Shown here in pieces: positions 38,692 through 47,114 of a DNA stretch of 64,000 nt. The DNA comes from an uncultured Erysipelothrix sp. GTDB taxonomy: Bacteria; Bacillota_I; Bacilli_A; Erysipelotrichales; Erysipelotrichaceae. Each line of letters begins with the position of its first letter. Position 1 is the stretch's first letter. Where the stretch lies: the NCBI GenBank assembly GCA_964479585.1, contig CAYZMP010000003.1, positions 5,045 to 69,044 on the forward strand, in the 5' to 3' direction. The notes under the pieces were generated by a model, which saw nothing but the letters and a program-made list of their open reading frames with translations, had not been told where the DNA came from and searched no databases. The position numbers and the translations under genes were made by a program.

Positions 38692-39507
38692 TTATAAACC
38701 AAACTTCTCTTTTGCTAAAATATCAGGATGACTTCCTATTCTTTGATTTTTATTTAGTCCATTTATCAAACTCATATCTTCATCTTCAATTATAAAATCA
38801 AATATATCAAGATTTTCACTTATTCTGGATTTATTTGCTGATTTAGGAATAATAACTAGATTCCTTTGAAGATGCCATCGGAGTGTCAATTGTGCAGGTG
38901 ATTTTTTGTATTTTTTTGCTAGTTCTACAATAATATCTACTTCAGTTACCTTTCCTTTCATAATCGGACTCCATGACTCAGTTTGAATACCATGGTTCTT
39001 ATTAAATTCCACCAACTCTTCTTGACTCAGGAAAGGATGCAGTTCAATTTGGTTAACAGAAGGTATAATTGAAGAGTTCTCCATTAGTTTTAATAAGTGA
39101 TGTTGGTGGAAATTACTTACGCCTATAGATTTAATTCTGCCTTGAGAATACAGCTCTTCCATGGCATTCCACTGTTCTAAAAAATTCTCTGTTGGCCAAT
39201 GAATTAAATACAAGTCTATATAATCTGTATTTAGTTTTTGACAAGATTGTTCAAAAGCTTTGATAACATCATTGTATTTTTGAACTTCTAGCCAAAGCTT
39301 TGTTGTCAAAAATATATCTTCTCTTGATATTCTGCTCTTTTTTATCCCTCTGCCTACTCCAGACTCATTATCATAAATTGCTGCAGTATCTATGTGTCGA
39401 TATCCAACATCCAATGCATACTCGACTGCATCTTCAACATCTAAATCAGATATTCTGAATGTTCCAAATCCTAAACTTGGAATATCTTTTGAATTATTCA
39501 ATTTCAT
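38692..39507 (-). CDS. aldo/keto reductase
   Basis: LGFGTF, YRHIDTAAIYDNE, LHWP and IPKS motifs. 271 aa. Confidence 0.88.
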   Translation of the reverse strand: MKLNNSKDIPSLGFGTFRISDLDVEDAVEYALDVGYRHIDTAAIYDNESGVGRGIKKSRISREDIFLTTKLWLEVQKYNDVIKAFEQSCQKLNTDYIDLYLIHWPTENFLEQWNAMEELYSQGRIKSIGVSNFHQHHLLKLMENSSIIPSVNQIELHPFLSQEELVEFNKNHGIQTESWSPIMKGKVTEVDIIVELAKKYKKSPAQLTLRWHLQRNLVIIPKSANKSRISENLDIFDFIIEDEDMSLINGLNKNQRIGSHPDILAKEKFGL

Positions 39508-39522
39508 AAAATTTTAATCCTC

Positions 39523-40467
39523 CTATTTTATCTTATTTACAAACTTTTCACTATTTATAAATGCTTCTATATTTTCCAAAATCAAGTTTTCTAGTCGCTC
39601 CATGTGTTGATCTGATGCAAAGGAGTTATGTGGTGAAATGAAAATATTTGGAGTATCCCAAAGAGGATTATTTTTAGCTAGTGGTTCTTCATTAACAACA
39701 TCTAAATAAAATGACAAATTAGAAATTTCTAACTTCATATACTCTACTAAATCTTTTTCATTGATTAAAGTCCCTCTACCCACATTAATTACAACTGCAT
39801 TATCATTCAATCTTTTTAACATATCTTTGTTTACATAATCAATTGTTTCTTTATTTGAAGGTAATCCAAAAATTAAAATATCATAATTGCCAACTTCTTC
39901 TTTTGAATTTTTTAAAGAAAAACACTTTGAAAATCCAGATACTTTTCTACCATTACTATTGACACCATGAATAATACATCCAAAGGGAGTCAATCTTCTC
40001 ACAATTTCTTGGCCAATACTTCCAGTTCCAAACAACAACACTTTTTTATTTGAAAGCTCTTGAATACTATAATTTGGTTTCCATTTTTTAGTTTTTGCAT
40101 TTTCAAAAAAGTATGGCAATTTTTTATAATGTGCGATTATTATGCCTATGACCCACTCAGATATAGGTATACTATACACACCCTTAGCATTTAATACTAT
40201 TACATTATTTGAATGTAAAGAATCATAATCTAAAAAATCATAGCCAGAGCTAATCGTTTGAATGATTTTGAGCTTTGGCCACTTTGCCATATCAAGATCT
40301 TTTAGTTCTGTAGCTCCTACAATAAAATCAAAAGAGTGATATTCTTTACTTTTTTGAAACGCTGAAAATTCGTTTGCTTTAATTGTAGTTATGTTAATGT
40401 TTAACTCTCTTAGTTTATCTGTATTTTTATCCTTCAATAAATTTTCACGTATTAGTAATATGTTCAT
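39523..40467 (-). CDS. D-isomer-specific 2-hydroxyacid dehydrogenase family, NAD-binding
   Basis: GTGSIGQEI Rossmann motif, ..NVGRG.LI.. and SPHNS catalytic-His region. Confidence 0.85.
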   Translation of the reverse strand: MNILLIRENLLKDKNTDKLRELNINITTIKANEFSAFQKSKEYHSFDFIVGATELKDLDMAKWPKLKIIQTISSGYDFLDYDSLHSNNVIVLNAKGVYSIPISEWVIGIIIAHYKKLPYFFENAKTKKWKPNYSIQELSNKKVLLFGTGSIGQEIVRRLTPFGCIIHGVNSNGRKVSGFSKCFSLKNSKEEVGNYDILIFGLPSNKETIDYVNKDMLKRLNDNAVVINVGRGTLINEKDLVEYMKLEISNLSFYLDVVNEEPLAKNNPLWDTPNIFISPHNSFASDQHMERLENLILENIEAFINSEKFVNKIK

Positions 40468-40479
40468 GTTTTCACCTAA

Positions 40480-40700
40480 AGGAATTATATCATGAATTAG
40501 TTTAAAGGGGGTTCAAACCTCGTGCTAAATTATTAAAGCCTAGCATGGCTTATCCTATAACAGTGCATATAGCATTATAGGCTAGTCCGAAGACTATAGA
40601 TGGTTATTTAAAATATTCAAAGCACCTACAATGTCTCTATGATTTGAATATCCACAACTGCATATGTATTTTCTTTTTTGGCTATTATTTATTCTAAAGC
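40480..40700 (-). ncRNA. candidate TnpB guide RNA (omega/right-end RNA) scaffold overlapping the tnpB 3' end; ends are approximate
   Basis: On the minus strand, three consecutive hairpins start at the tnpB stop codon. They are TAGTC-TTCG-GACTA (40583-40596), CCTATAA-14 nt-TTATAGG (40554-40581) and AAGCC-ATGCTA-GGCTT (40536-40551). AGCACGAGGTTTGAACCCCC (40507-40526) follows. The 126-bp non-coding gap is far more structured than its neighbours. Confidence 0.4.
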
Positions 40701-41622
40701 AATTAGGACATTTCTTTGATGTGTTTTTTGGATTTACCCAAAGAATAATAATTCCGTTTCTTTTAGCTTTATAGACGATATAATTCTGTAATCTTCTATA
40801 TGACCAAGAGCTAACTCCATTTAATTTTGCATTATTTTTCTGCAAATTGTTTAAATTTTCTAATTTTATGTATTTTACTTTCTCTTGATTTGCAAAATCA
40901 ATAATTTGCTTACTAATCTTGTGATCAATATCTTTAAGCTTATTACTCCATTTCTTCTTGTGAATCACTTTGCAATCTAGATTTTTCAGTGCCTCTTTAT
41001 TGTTTTTTGCTTGTTTTGTGTGTATATATCTCTTTTTCCTTCCATTTCCAAAAAATCGAATTTTCCCAGTGCTAGTTGCTACAACAGCAGGAATTTTTAT
41101 ACCTAAATCTATTGCCATCATATTTCCGTTGTCGTTTTTCGCTTGAGGAATATCATAAGTTATGTTTCCAATCCACTTGTTGTTTCGTATGAAGATTTTG
41201 AATGAAGTTATTTTTACTTTTTGATTATTTATTTGTGACCAAATATATTCATTTATACGTGTTTCTAACAATGTTTCTTCTTTCATAAATGTTTGTATTA
41301 ATATTTTGTCAGAGTTTAAAAATTGACAGTTAATGTTTGTCCACTTGCAATAATCGATCTTCACCTCATTTCTTGTAAAATTATTGCTAACTATTTGCAA
41401 ATATAATTCCTTCGCTACTTTAATTACTTCAATCTTTGAATCCCATGGTATAGTATTATTTATTTCTTTGAATCTAATATCATAAACCATTTCGGCTTGC
41501 AAAAATTTCGATATCACCCTGTTTACTTCAATATCAAAATTATCTATCAATTTGATTAAGTAGTATTGTTGGTTGCTATTTGGATACAATCTAAAGTTAT
41601 GGCTTAAATACATTTTCATCAC
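40594..41622 (-). CDS. tnpB: TnpB (IS605 OrfB-family RNA-guided DNA endonuclease), compact ~340 aa
   Basis: N-terminus (M)YLSHNFRLYPNSNQ. RuvC-I AIDLGIK, RuvC-II YIKLENL, zinc ribbon CPNC-x12-CSC and RuvC-III NHRDIVGALNILN. The likely true start is the ATG at 41613, 5 nt after AGGTGA. Confidence 0.85.
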   Translation of the reverse strand: MMKMYLSHNFRLYPNSNQQYYLIKLIDNFDIEVNRVISKFLQAEMVYDIRFKEINNTIPWDSKIEVIKVAKELYLQIVSNNFTRNEVKIDYCKWTNINCQFLNSDKILIQTFMKEETLLETRINEYIWSQINNQKVKITSFKIFIRNNKWIGNITYDIPQAKNDNGNMMAIDLGIKIPAVVATSTGKIRFFGNGRKKRYIHTKQAKNNKEALKNLDCKVIHKKKWSNKLKDIDHKISKQIIDFANQEKVKYIKLENLNNLQKNNAKLNGVSSWSYRRLQNYIVYKAKRNGIIILWVNPKNTSKKCPNCFRINNSQKRKYICSCGYSNHRDIVGALNILNNHL

Positions 41623-41643
41623 CTATAACATAATTGTATAAAA

Positions 41644-41675
41644 ACAAAAAAAGTCCTAATAAATGGACTTTATTT
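41644..41675 (-). terminator. rho-independent terminator of the six-tRNA operon (may double as the IS left-end hairpin)
   Basis: Minus strand AAAGTCC-ATTTATTA-GGACTTT followed by T7, 5-30 nt after tRNA-Gly. Confidence 0.65.
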
Positions 41676-41679
41676 TTAA

Positions 41680-41753
<74 letters not shown>

Positions 41754-41755
41754 CG

Positions 41756-41831
41756 CTGGTGACCCGTGTAGGACTCGAACCTACGACCCACTGATTAAAA
41801 GTCAGTTGCTCTACCACCTGAGCTAACGGGT
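41756..41831 (-). tRNA. tRNA-Lys (UUU)
   Basis: GACCCGTTAGCTCAGGTGGTAGAGCAACTGACTTTTAATCAGTGGGTCGTAGGTTCGAGTCCTACACGGGTCACCA. Anticodon loop CTTTTAA. Confidence 0.9.
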
Positions 41832-41835
41832 CACA

Positions 41836-41910
41836 ATGGCTGGGGTACCTGGGATCGAACCAGGGAATGTCAGAGTCAAAGTCTGATGCCTTACCGCTTG
41901 GCTATACCCC
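41836..41910 (-). tRNA. tRNA-Gln (UUG)
   Basis: TGGGGTATAGCCAAGCGGTAAGGCATCAGACTTTGACTCTGACATTCCCTGGTTCGATCCCAGGTACCCCAGCCA. Anticodon loop CTTTGAC. Close to the E. coli tRNA-Gln layout. Confidence 0.9.
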
Positions 41911-41929
41911 AAAGTAAAATATTGATAAG

Positions 41930-42014
41930 ATGGTGGAAGGAGAGGGTTTCGAACCCCCGAACCCGTAGGGAGTAGATTTACAGTCTACCGCGTTTAGCCA
42001 CTTCGCTATCCTTC
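41930..42014 (-). tRNA. tRNA-Tyr (GUA), long variable arm
   Basis: GGAAGGATAGCGAAGTGGCTAAACGCGGTAGACTGTAAATCTACTCCCTACGGGTTCGGGGGTTCGAAACCCTCTCCTTCCACCA. Anticodon loop CTGTAAA. Confidence 0.9.
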
Positions 42015-42021
42015 CAGATAA

Positions 42022-42097
42022 ATGGTGCCGACTATAGGACTCGAACCTACAACCTACTGATTACAAATCAGTTGCTCTGCCAGTTGAGCTAAGTCGG
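42022..42097 (-). tRNA. tRNA-Thr (UGU)
   Basis: GCCGACTTAGCTCAACTGGCAGAGCAACTGATTTGTAATCAGTAGGTTGTAGGTTCGAGTCCTATAGTCGGCACCA. Anticodon loop TTTGTAA. Confidence 0.9.
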
Positions 42098-42108
42098 CGG
42101 CAATAAAA

Positions 42109-42184
42109 ATGGTGGAGGTTGACGGGCTCGAACCGCCGACCCTCTGCTTGTAAGGCAGATGCTCTCCCAACTGAGCTAAACCTC
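42109..42184 (-). tRNA. tRNA-Val (UAC)
   Basis: GGAGGTTTAGCTCAGTTGGGAGAGCATCTGCCTTACAAGCAGAGGGTCGGCGGTTCGAGCCCGTCAACCTCCACCA. Anticodon loop CTTACAA. Confidence 0.9.
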
Positions 42185-42209
42185 CACATCACACGTCGTA
42201 GTGCCTTAA

Positions 42210-42239
42210 TAATATACCATACTATAGAAGTTATAGTCA
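42210..42239 (-). promoter_or_regulatory. promoter of the tRNA Val-Thr-Tyr-Gln-Lys-Gly operon
   Basis: Minus strand TTGACT, 18 nt, TATATT with an upstream TG (TGGTATATT), about 25 nt before tRNA-Val. Confidence 0.55.
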
Positions 42240-42327
42240 ACAACTTTAGGTAGAGTAATTTGTTTTTTTTGCTTTTGCGAATTACTAATTTCATTTATAT
42301 GATATACTATAAAAATCAGGAGGACTT

Positions 42328-42756
42328 ATGCTGAAAGTTTTTAACACAAATTCATTAGGACAAAACGAGAGATTTTTAAAAGCAGTGCTTTTTGGAATTC
42401 CATTATCACTTGTTTTATCAATCTTATTTGCAATTATTCAAAGATTATTAGGAATTAGATTTTCTTTATTATATTTGGGATTAGGATATTCAATTGCATA
42501 TGTATTAAGAAAATATGGAAGAGGTGTTCAACCAAAATTCGCCTTTTTAGGTTTAGCTCTAACTTTTTCTGCAATGCTACTAGGTGATATATTTACACTA
42601 ACTGGATTTATGATTTTGAGTAATCCATCAATATTTGTTGATGCACTAATAATTACACTCAACTCATGGATAAGTATCAATATCAACAATCTATTAACAT
42701 TACTATTTAGAGTGTATTCATTATATATTGCATACACTAGCTCAAGAATAATATAG
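42328..42756 (+). CDS. membrane protein, unknown function
   Basis: 142 aa with four hydrophobic helices. AGGAGG RBS. Sits 7 nt upstream of alr. Confidence 0.5.
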   Translation: MLKVFNTNSLGQNERFLKAVLFGIPLSLVLSILFAIIQRLLGIRFSLLYLGLGYSIAYVLRKYGRGVQPKFAFLGLALTFSAMLLGDIFTLTGFMILSNPSIFVDALIITLNSWISININNLLTLLFRVYSLYIAYTSSRII

Positions 42757-42763
42757 GTAAAAT

Positions 42764-43873
42764 ATGCGTTATAGACAAACATTTGCAGAAATTGATTTGG
42801 ACAATTTAGATTATAACTTAAACACCATACATGCAAACTGTAGAAAACAGTTATTTTGTGTTGTTAAAGCAAACGCATATGGTCATGGTGCTATAGAAAT
42901 ATCACAATTTATTGAAAAGATTGATTATGTCGCTTATCTCTGCGTATCATCTATTGATGAAGCTATTGATCTCAGAGAAGCAGGTATTACAGCTCCAATA
43001 ATTAATTTGGGATATACAAATCCATCTCATTTATATTTGTGTATAGAAAGAGAGATAACTGTTTCAATCATTTCTCTTGATTGGCTTATCGAAGCTTTAG
43101 AAGCTAATAGAAACTTAGAAAATTTAAAGTGTCATATAAAAGTTGATACTGGTATGAATAGACTTGGAATAAAAACATACAATGATTTTGCAAAAGTCAT
43201 TAACATTGCTACCGAAAATAAAATTGACCTAGAAGGTATTTTTACACATTATCATAGTGCTGATGCAAAGGAAAATACCGACTCACTTAATCAACTTGAG
43301 TTATTTAAAGGATTCTTAAATTACACCGATTATACTTTCCAATGGATTCACATTGCTAACTCTGATGCATTGATTGATATTAAAGAGAACATATCAAATG
43401 CCGTTCGTTGTGGAATTGCTATGTATGGATATTCTACCAAAACAAAAATTTTTAAACCTGTTCTAAGGTTACATACAAACATTACCCAAGCAAAAGAACT
43501 ACAACCTGGTGATGTAGTTAGTTATTCTGCAACTTATAAAGCTACTGAAAATATGAGAATAGGTATCTTACCAATTGGATACGCAGATGGTATTAACAGA
43601 AAGCTTCAAAACCATTACTTTTATATCAATGATACACCAGTCAGGATTCTAGGGAGAATCTGTATGGATCAGATTATTATTGAGTATCCGTTGTCATTGA
43701 CTTCTTTAAAAGTTGAAATTATCGGAAAAAATCAGTCTTGCTTAGATATTGCAAATATTCTTGATACTATTCCTTATGAAGTACTAACTAACTTAAGTGA
43801 TAGAATTACACGACGTTACATTTATAAGCAAAAGATTATTAAAGAAACGAATTTAAGATATCGTTTTCTATAA
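42764..43873 (+). CDS. alr: alanine racemase
   Basis: VVKANAYGHG PLP-lysine motif, HIKVDTGMNRLG, ..YGY.. and RICMDQ. Confidence 0.92.
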   Translation: MRYRQTFAEIDLDNLDYNLNTIHANCRKQLFCVVKANAYGHGAIEISQFIEKIDYVAYLCVSSIDEAIDLREAGITAPIINLGYTNPSHLYLCIEREITVSIISLDWLIEALEANRNLENLKCHIKVDTGMNRLGIKTYNDFAKVINIATENKIDLEGIFTHYHSADAKENTDSLNQLELFKGFLNYTDYTFQWIHIANSDALIDIKENISNAVRCGIAMYGYSTKTKIFKPVLRLHTNITQAKELQPGDVVSYSATYKATENMRIGILPIGYADGINRKLQNHYFYINDTPVRILGRICMDQIIIEYPLSLTSLKVEIIGKNQSCLDIANILDTIPYEVLTNLSDRITRRYIYKQKIIKETNLRYRFL

Positions 43874-43875
43874 AA

Positions 43876-43899
43876 GGAAAAAAGGCACTAGGCCTTTTT
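43876..43899. terminator. bidirectional rho-independent terminator (alr on plus; MFS gene / candidate sRNA on minus)
   Basis: AAAAGGC-ACTAG-GCCTTTT with A-run and T-run flanks on both strands. Confidence 0.6.
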
Positions 43900-43976
43900 T
43901 TCTTATTTTATAAGGGGAAAGAATTTTGTATGGTCTTTAAGGGGATATTATGTAGGAGAAGAGGACCTATACAAGC
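43876..43976 (-). ncRNA. candidate ~100-nt C-rich sRNA (RsaE/RoxS-like layout), possibly derived from the MFS 3' UTR
   Basis: Minus strand: TATAAT at 43983-43988. Then a hairpin TTGTAT(A)GGTC...GACCATACAA enclosing a 28-nt loop CUCUUCUCCUACAUAAUAUCCCCUUAAA. A single-stranded UUCUUUCCCCUUAUAAA follows, then the terminator. There are two CCCCUU motifs plus CUCCU. Confidence 0.35.
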
Positions 43977-44046
43977 AAGTTTATTATATCTTGCAACTAT
44001 AATTTATCATTTACTAGACGCAAAAATTCTTTTTAACTATGTGAAA

Positions 44047-45207
44047 TTATGTGAATCTGTTTATCTTACTGTATATGAAAGATAACATTAATGGTATAAA
44101 AAGAATCGAAGTAAATATTAGAAGTGTATAATCAAATCCTACAGTATTGATAAGTAATCCAGACACGACAGGAGTAAGCAATGCTGATAATCCCCCATAC
44201 AATGAAATAGCTAGCATTTGACCCGTAGATTTTAAATGCTCGGGAGATTCATTTGCTACTAATACTTTTTGAGAAATCATCAAAAGCGGGAATGTTATTG
44301 ATTGCAAACTAGTAATTAGTATTATTTGTGTAGCACTTGTCGCTAAAGTATATAGAGAAAATCTAATAATAAACATTGAAATTGATATAATCAACATTTT
44401 CATTGCACCGATTTTTTTTAAAAGCAAATATCCAAAGAAAAATAACGGAAGCTCTACTACAGCCTGAAATGACCATTTAAATGCAATTTGATTGTTTGAT
44501 GCACCTAAAAATATCATTTTATCTATTACTGTGTACATATCTGCAGTGAACACGAAATTAACAAAAATTAAAATAAACACTAATAAAACATATGTTCGGT
44601 TTGATAAAAGTTGTTTAACATCACTGATTCTGAGCATTTTTTTACTTTCAACCTTATCAGCATCAGGCATTGCTATTGAAAATATCATACTAAAAAAAGC
44701 CAAAATCGCAAAAGAAAATCCGATGGTCCTGTACCCATAGTTTTCTATAAGAAGAGATGTAAGTGGTGCACCTATTGCCCATCCTATTGCTCCAAAAGCT
44801 CGTATCGGACCAAATCTATCTTTGATATAATCATTAACTTCTAATGTCCAAGTCTCGACTAATCCAGCAACAATTCTAAACAGTCCTCCAACAAAAGCAA
44901 ACAATAATAGATGAATAAAAAAATTGTTTTCACTGTATGAGTACATAATTGCATTAAGTAATATAAAAGAAAACAACAACAAGTGATAAAACTTTTTAAT
45001 AGAATTATATTTGTCACACAAATAACCAACAAACATTTGCCCAATTATTGCGATCACAGAAATCGATGACAATATAATACCTCTTTCAACCGGTGAATAA
45101 CCAATACTAGTCAAAAATGGTATCACTTGAGTATTAGTCATAGCCATTGCCATGAAAATAATGGTATATAAATAGATCTGCTTTTTAAGTATATTTCGAT
45201 TACTCAT
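44047..45207 (-). CDS. MFS transporter
   Basis: 386 aa, about 12 TM helices. Confidence 0.75.
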   Translation of the reverse strand: MSNRNILKKQIYLYTIIFMAMAMTNTQVIPFLTSIGYSPVERGIILSSISVIAIIGQMFVGYLCDKYNSIKKFYHLLLFSFILLNAIMYSYSENNFFIHLLLFAFVGGLFRIVAGLVETWTLEVNDYIKDRFGPIRAFGAIGWAIGAPLTSLLIENYGYRTIGFSFAILAFFSMIFSIAMPDADKVESKKMLRISDVKQLLSNRTYVLLVFILIFVNFVFTADMYTVIDKMIFLGASNNQIAFKWSFQAVVELPLFFFGYLLLKKIGAMKMLIISISMFIIRFSLYTLATSATQIILITSLQSITFPLLMISQKVLVANESPEHLKSTGQMLAISLYGGLSALLTPVVSGLLINTVGFDYTLLIFTSILFIPLMLSFIYSKINRFT

Positions 45208-45241
45208 AACTTACCTCATACCATCATATTCTAACATAAAG

Positions 45242-45267
45242 AAAAACAATCGCATATGCGATTGTTT
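45242..45267 (-). terminator. terminator of the suf operon
   Basis: Palindrome AACAATCGCATATGCGATTGTT followed by a T-run on the minus strand. Overlaps the sufB stop. Confidence 0.65.
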
Positions 45268-46666
45268 AACCAATAGAACCTTCCATTTCTAAACGAAGAA
45301 GCTGATTCAACTCAACAGCATATTCCATTGGTAATTCTCTTGTAAACGGCTCTAAAAACCCCAATATTATGGTCTCAGCTGCTTGTTCTTCTGTTAACCC
45401 TCTTGACATTAAATAGAATAGTTGTTCTTCCGATATCTTAGACACCGATGCTTCATGTTCAACAATTGATTGATTGTTACTTACAATATTAGTTGGTAAT
45501 GTATCACTAGTTGACTGATCATCTAAAAGTAATGTATCACATTCAATCTTCGATTTAGCTCCTATAGCTGATGGTGTGTGTTTAATCATTCCTCGATAAT
45601 TTACAGAACCTGAATTTCTAGCAATAGATTTAGAAATAATTGTGCTAGAAGTGTTTGCTCCAGTATGAATCATTTTTGCTCCAGCATCAAGAATCTGATT
45701 TTTTCCAGCAACTGCGATAGATATGGTCAACCCACGAGCATATTCTCCAACAAGTACACAAGAAGGATATTTCATGGTTATGCTTGAACCAATATTTCCG
45801 TCTATCCACTCCATTACACCATGATCAAGAACTTTTGCACGCTTGGTAACAAGATTCAATACATTTGTTGACCAGTTTTGAACAGTAGTATATCGACATT
45901 TCGCATTTTTATGCACAATAATTTCGACAACTGCAGCATGTAATGAATCCTTTTGATAAATAGGTGCTGTACACCCTTCAACATAATGAACATCAGCACC
46001 TTCATCAACAATGATTAATGTTCTTTCAAACTGACCCATGCTCTCACTATTAATTCTAAAATAAGATTGTAATGGTTTATCTAAACTTACCCCAGGAGGA
46101 ACATATATAAATGATCCACCAGACCAAACCGCACTATTTAATGCAGCAAACTTATTATCATAATAAGGTACAACAGTTCCGAAAAACTTCTTAAACAACT
46201 CAGGATGTTCCCTTAAAGCAGTGTCTGTATCCAAGAATATTATTCCCTTATCCTCTACCTCTTTTAACATGTTATGATATACAACCTCTGAATCATACTG
46301 TGTAGAAATTCCTGATAAAAACTTCTGTTCTGCTTCAGGTAATCCTAACTTGTTAAACGTGTCCTTTATAGTATCTGGAACGTCATCCCAGCTTTTTTCA
46401 CTACGCTCACTTGGCTTAATATAGTATGTATATTCATCAAAATCTATACCAGATAAATCAGCACCCCACTCTGGCATTTTTTTGTCTGCAAAAGCTTCGT
46501 AAGACTTCACACGAAACTCTCTCATCCAATCAGGTTCTCCCTTTATTTTCGAAATTTCTTCAACAATCTCTTTAGAAATTCCCTTTTTAGTTCTATATAT
46601 ACTGACATCTTTATCAGCAAACCCATATTTATATTCATCTTTTGGGATATTAATATTATCAGTCAT
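45266..46666 (-). CDS. sufB: Fe-S cluster assembly scaffold SufB
   Basis: Start at ATG 46666 ([16 protein letters not shown]). YVPPGV, IIVDEGA..HYVEGC and the conserved C-terminal SRGL.EE.A motif. Confidence 0.93.
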   Translation of the reverse strand: MTDNINIPKDEYKYGFADKDVSIYRTKKGISKEIVEEISKIKGEPDWMREFRVKSYEAFADKKMPEWGADLSGIDFDEYTYYIKPSERSEKSWDDVPDTIKDTFNKLGLPEAEQKFLSGISTQYDSEVVYHNMLKEVEDKGIIFLDTDTALREHPELFKKFFGTVVPYYDNKFAALNSAVWSGGSFIYVPPGVSLDKPLQSYFRINSESMGQFERTLIIVDEGADVHYVEGCTAPIYQKDSLHAAVVEIIVHKNAKCRYTTVQNWSTNVLNLVTKRAKVLDHGVMEWIDGNIGSSITMKYPSCVLVGEYARGLTISIAVAGKNQILDAGAKMIHTGANTSSTIISKSIARNSGSVNYRGMIKHTPSAIGAKSKIECDTLLLDDQSTSDTLPTNIVSNNQSIVEHEASVSKISEEQLFYLMSRGLTEEQAAETIILGFLEPFTRELPMEYAVELNQLLRLEMEGSIG

Positions 46667-47102
46667 TGTTATCCTCACTTTCCTCAATAATCTGTTTAAA
46701 TGCGTTCCATCCAATGGTTGCACATTTTATTCGATTCGCCTGTTTGCCTACGTTTTTAAAAGCAATTGCTTCTTCTAACGGTTCATAATTCACTGCTTTT
46801 AAGTCAATCATATCAAAATATAACTCAAGAAGATTCTTTGCTTCTTCAATCGATTTATTTTTCATTAACTCGGTTAATATTGATGTTGATGCAGTAGATA
46901 TAGTACAAGCAATACCATCAAAACAAATATCTTTTATGATACCATCTTCGATTACTGCTTGAACCTGAATATCATCTATACAAGATTCAGTTGCCATATG
47001 TACCGTTTTGCATTGATTATGGTTACAAACCCGTTTATTTCTAGGAAACTGGTAGTGATCCATAATTATCTGACGCAACACCATTGGATCATCGATTTTC
47101 AT
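46659..47102 (-). CDS. sufU: SufU/IscU-like sulfur-transfer scaffold
   Basis: 147 aa. [11 protein letters not shown], ..ESCIDDI.., [10 protein letters not shown] and ..RIKCATIGW. Confidence 0.88.
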   Translation of the reverse strand: MKIDDPMVLRQIIMDHYQFPRNKRVCNHNQCKTVHMATESCIDDIQVQAVIEDGIIKDICFDGIACTISTASTSILTELMKNKSIEEAKNLLELYFDMIDLKAVNYEPLEEAIAFKNVGKQANRIKCATIGWNAFKQIIEESEDNND

Positions 47103-47114
47103 TTCATCACTCCT

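Larger units (their letters stand above)
40500..41679 (-). mobile_element. IS200/IS605-family element remnant carrying only tnpB (no tnpA); boundaries approximate
   Basis: The tnpB ORF is flanked by subterminal hairpins with related AGTC(C)/GGACT stems (41651-41668 and 40583-40596). The region is noticeably more AT-rich than its neighbours. It is inserted between a tRNA operon and a dehydrogenase gene. Confidence 0.55.

Noticed and set aside
40594-41622. Whether the TnpB homologue is a nuclease-dead, domesticated repressor (TldR-like) rather than an active nuclease.
   Set aside because: Asp (AIDLG), Glu (KLENL) and Asp (HRDIV) of the RuvC triad and the zinc ribbon all appear to be present, so inactivation cannot be claimed from sequence. 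Domestication for another role remains possible because tnpA is absent.
43931-44104. 57-codon plus-strand ORF (MVFKGILCRRRGPIQASLLYLATIIYHLL...) after alr, preceded by AAGGGG.
   Set aside because: The SD-to-ATG spacing is about 12 nt. It begins after the alr terminator and runs antisense into the MFS gene 3' end. The AAGGGG motifs are better explained as complements of the C-rich sRNA motifs.
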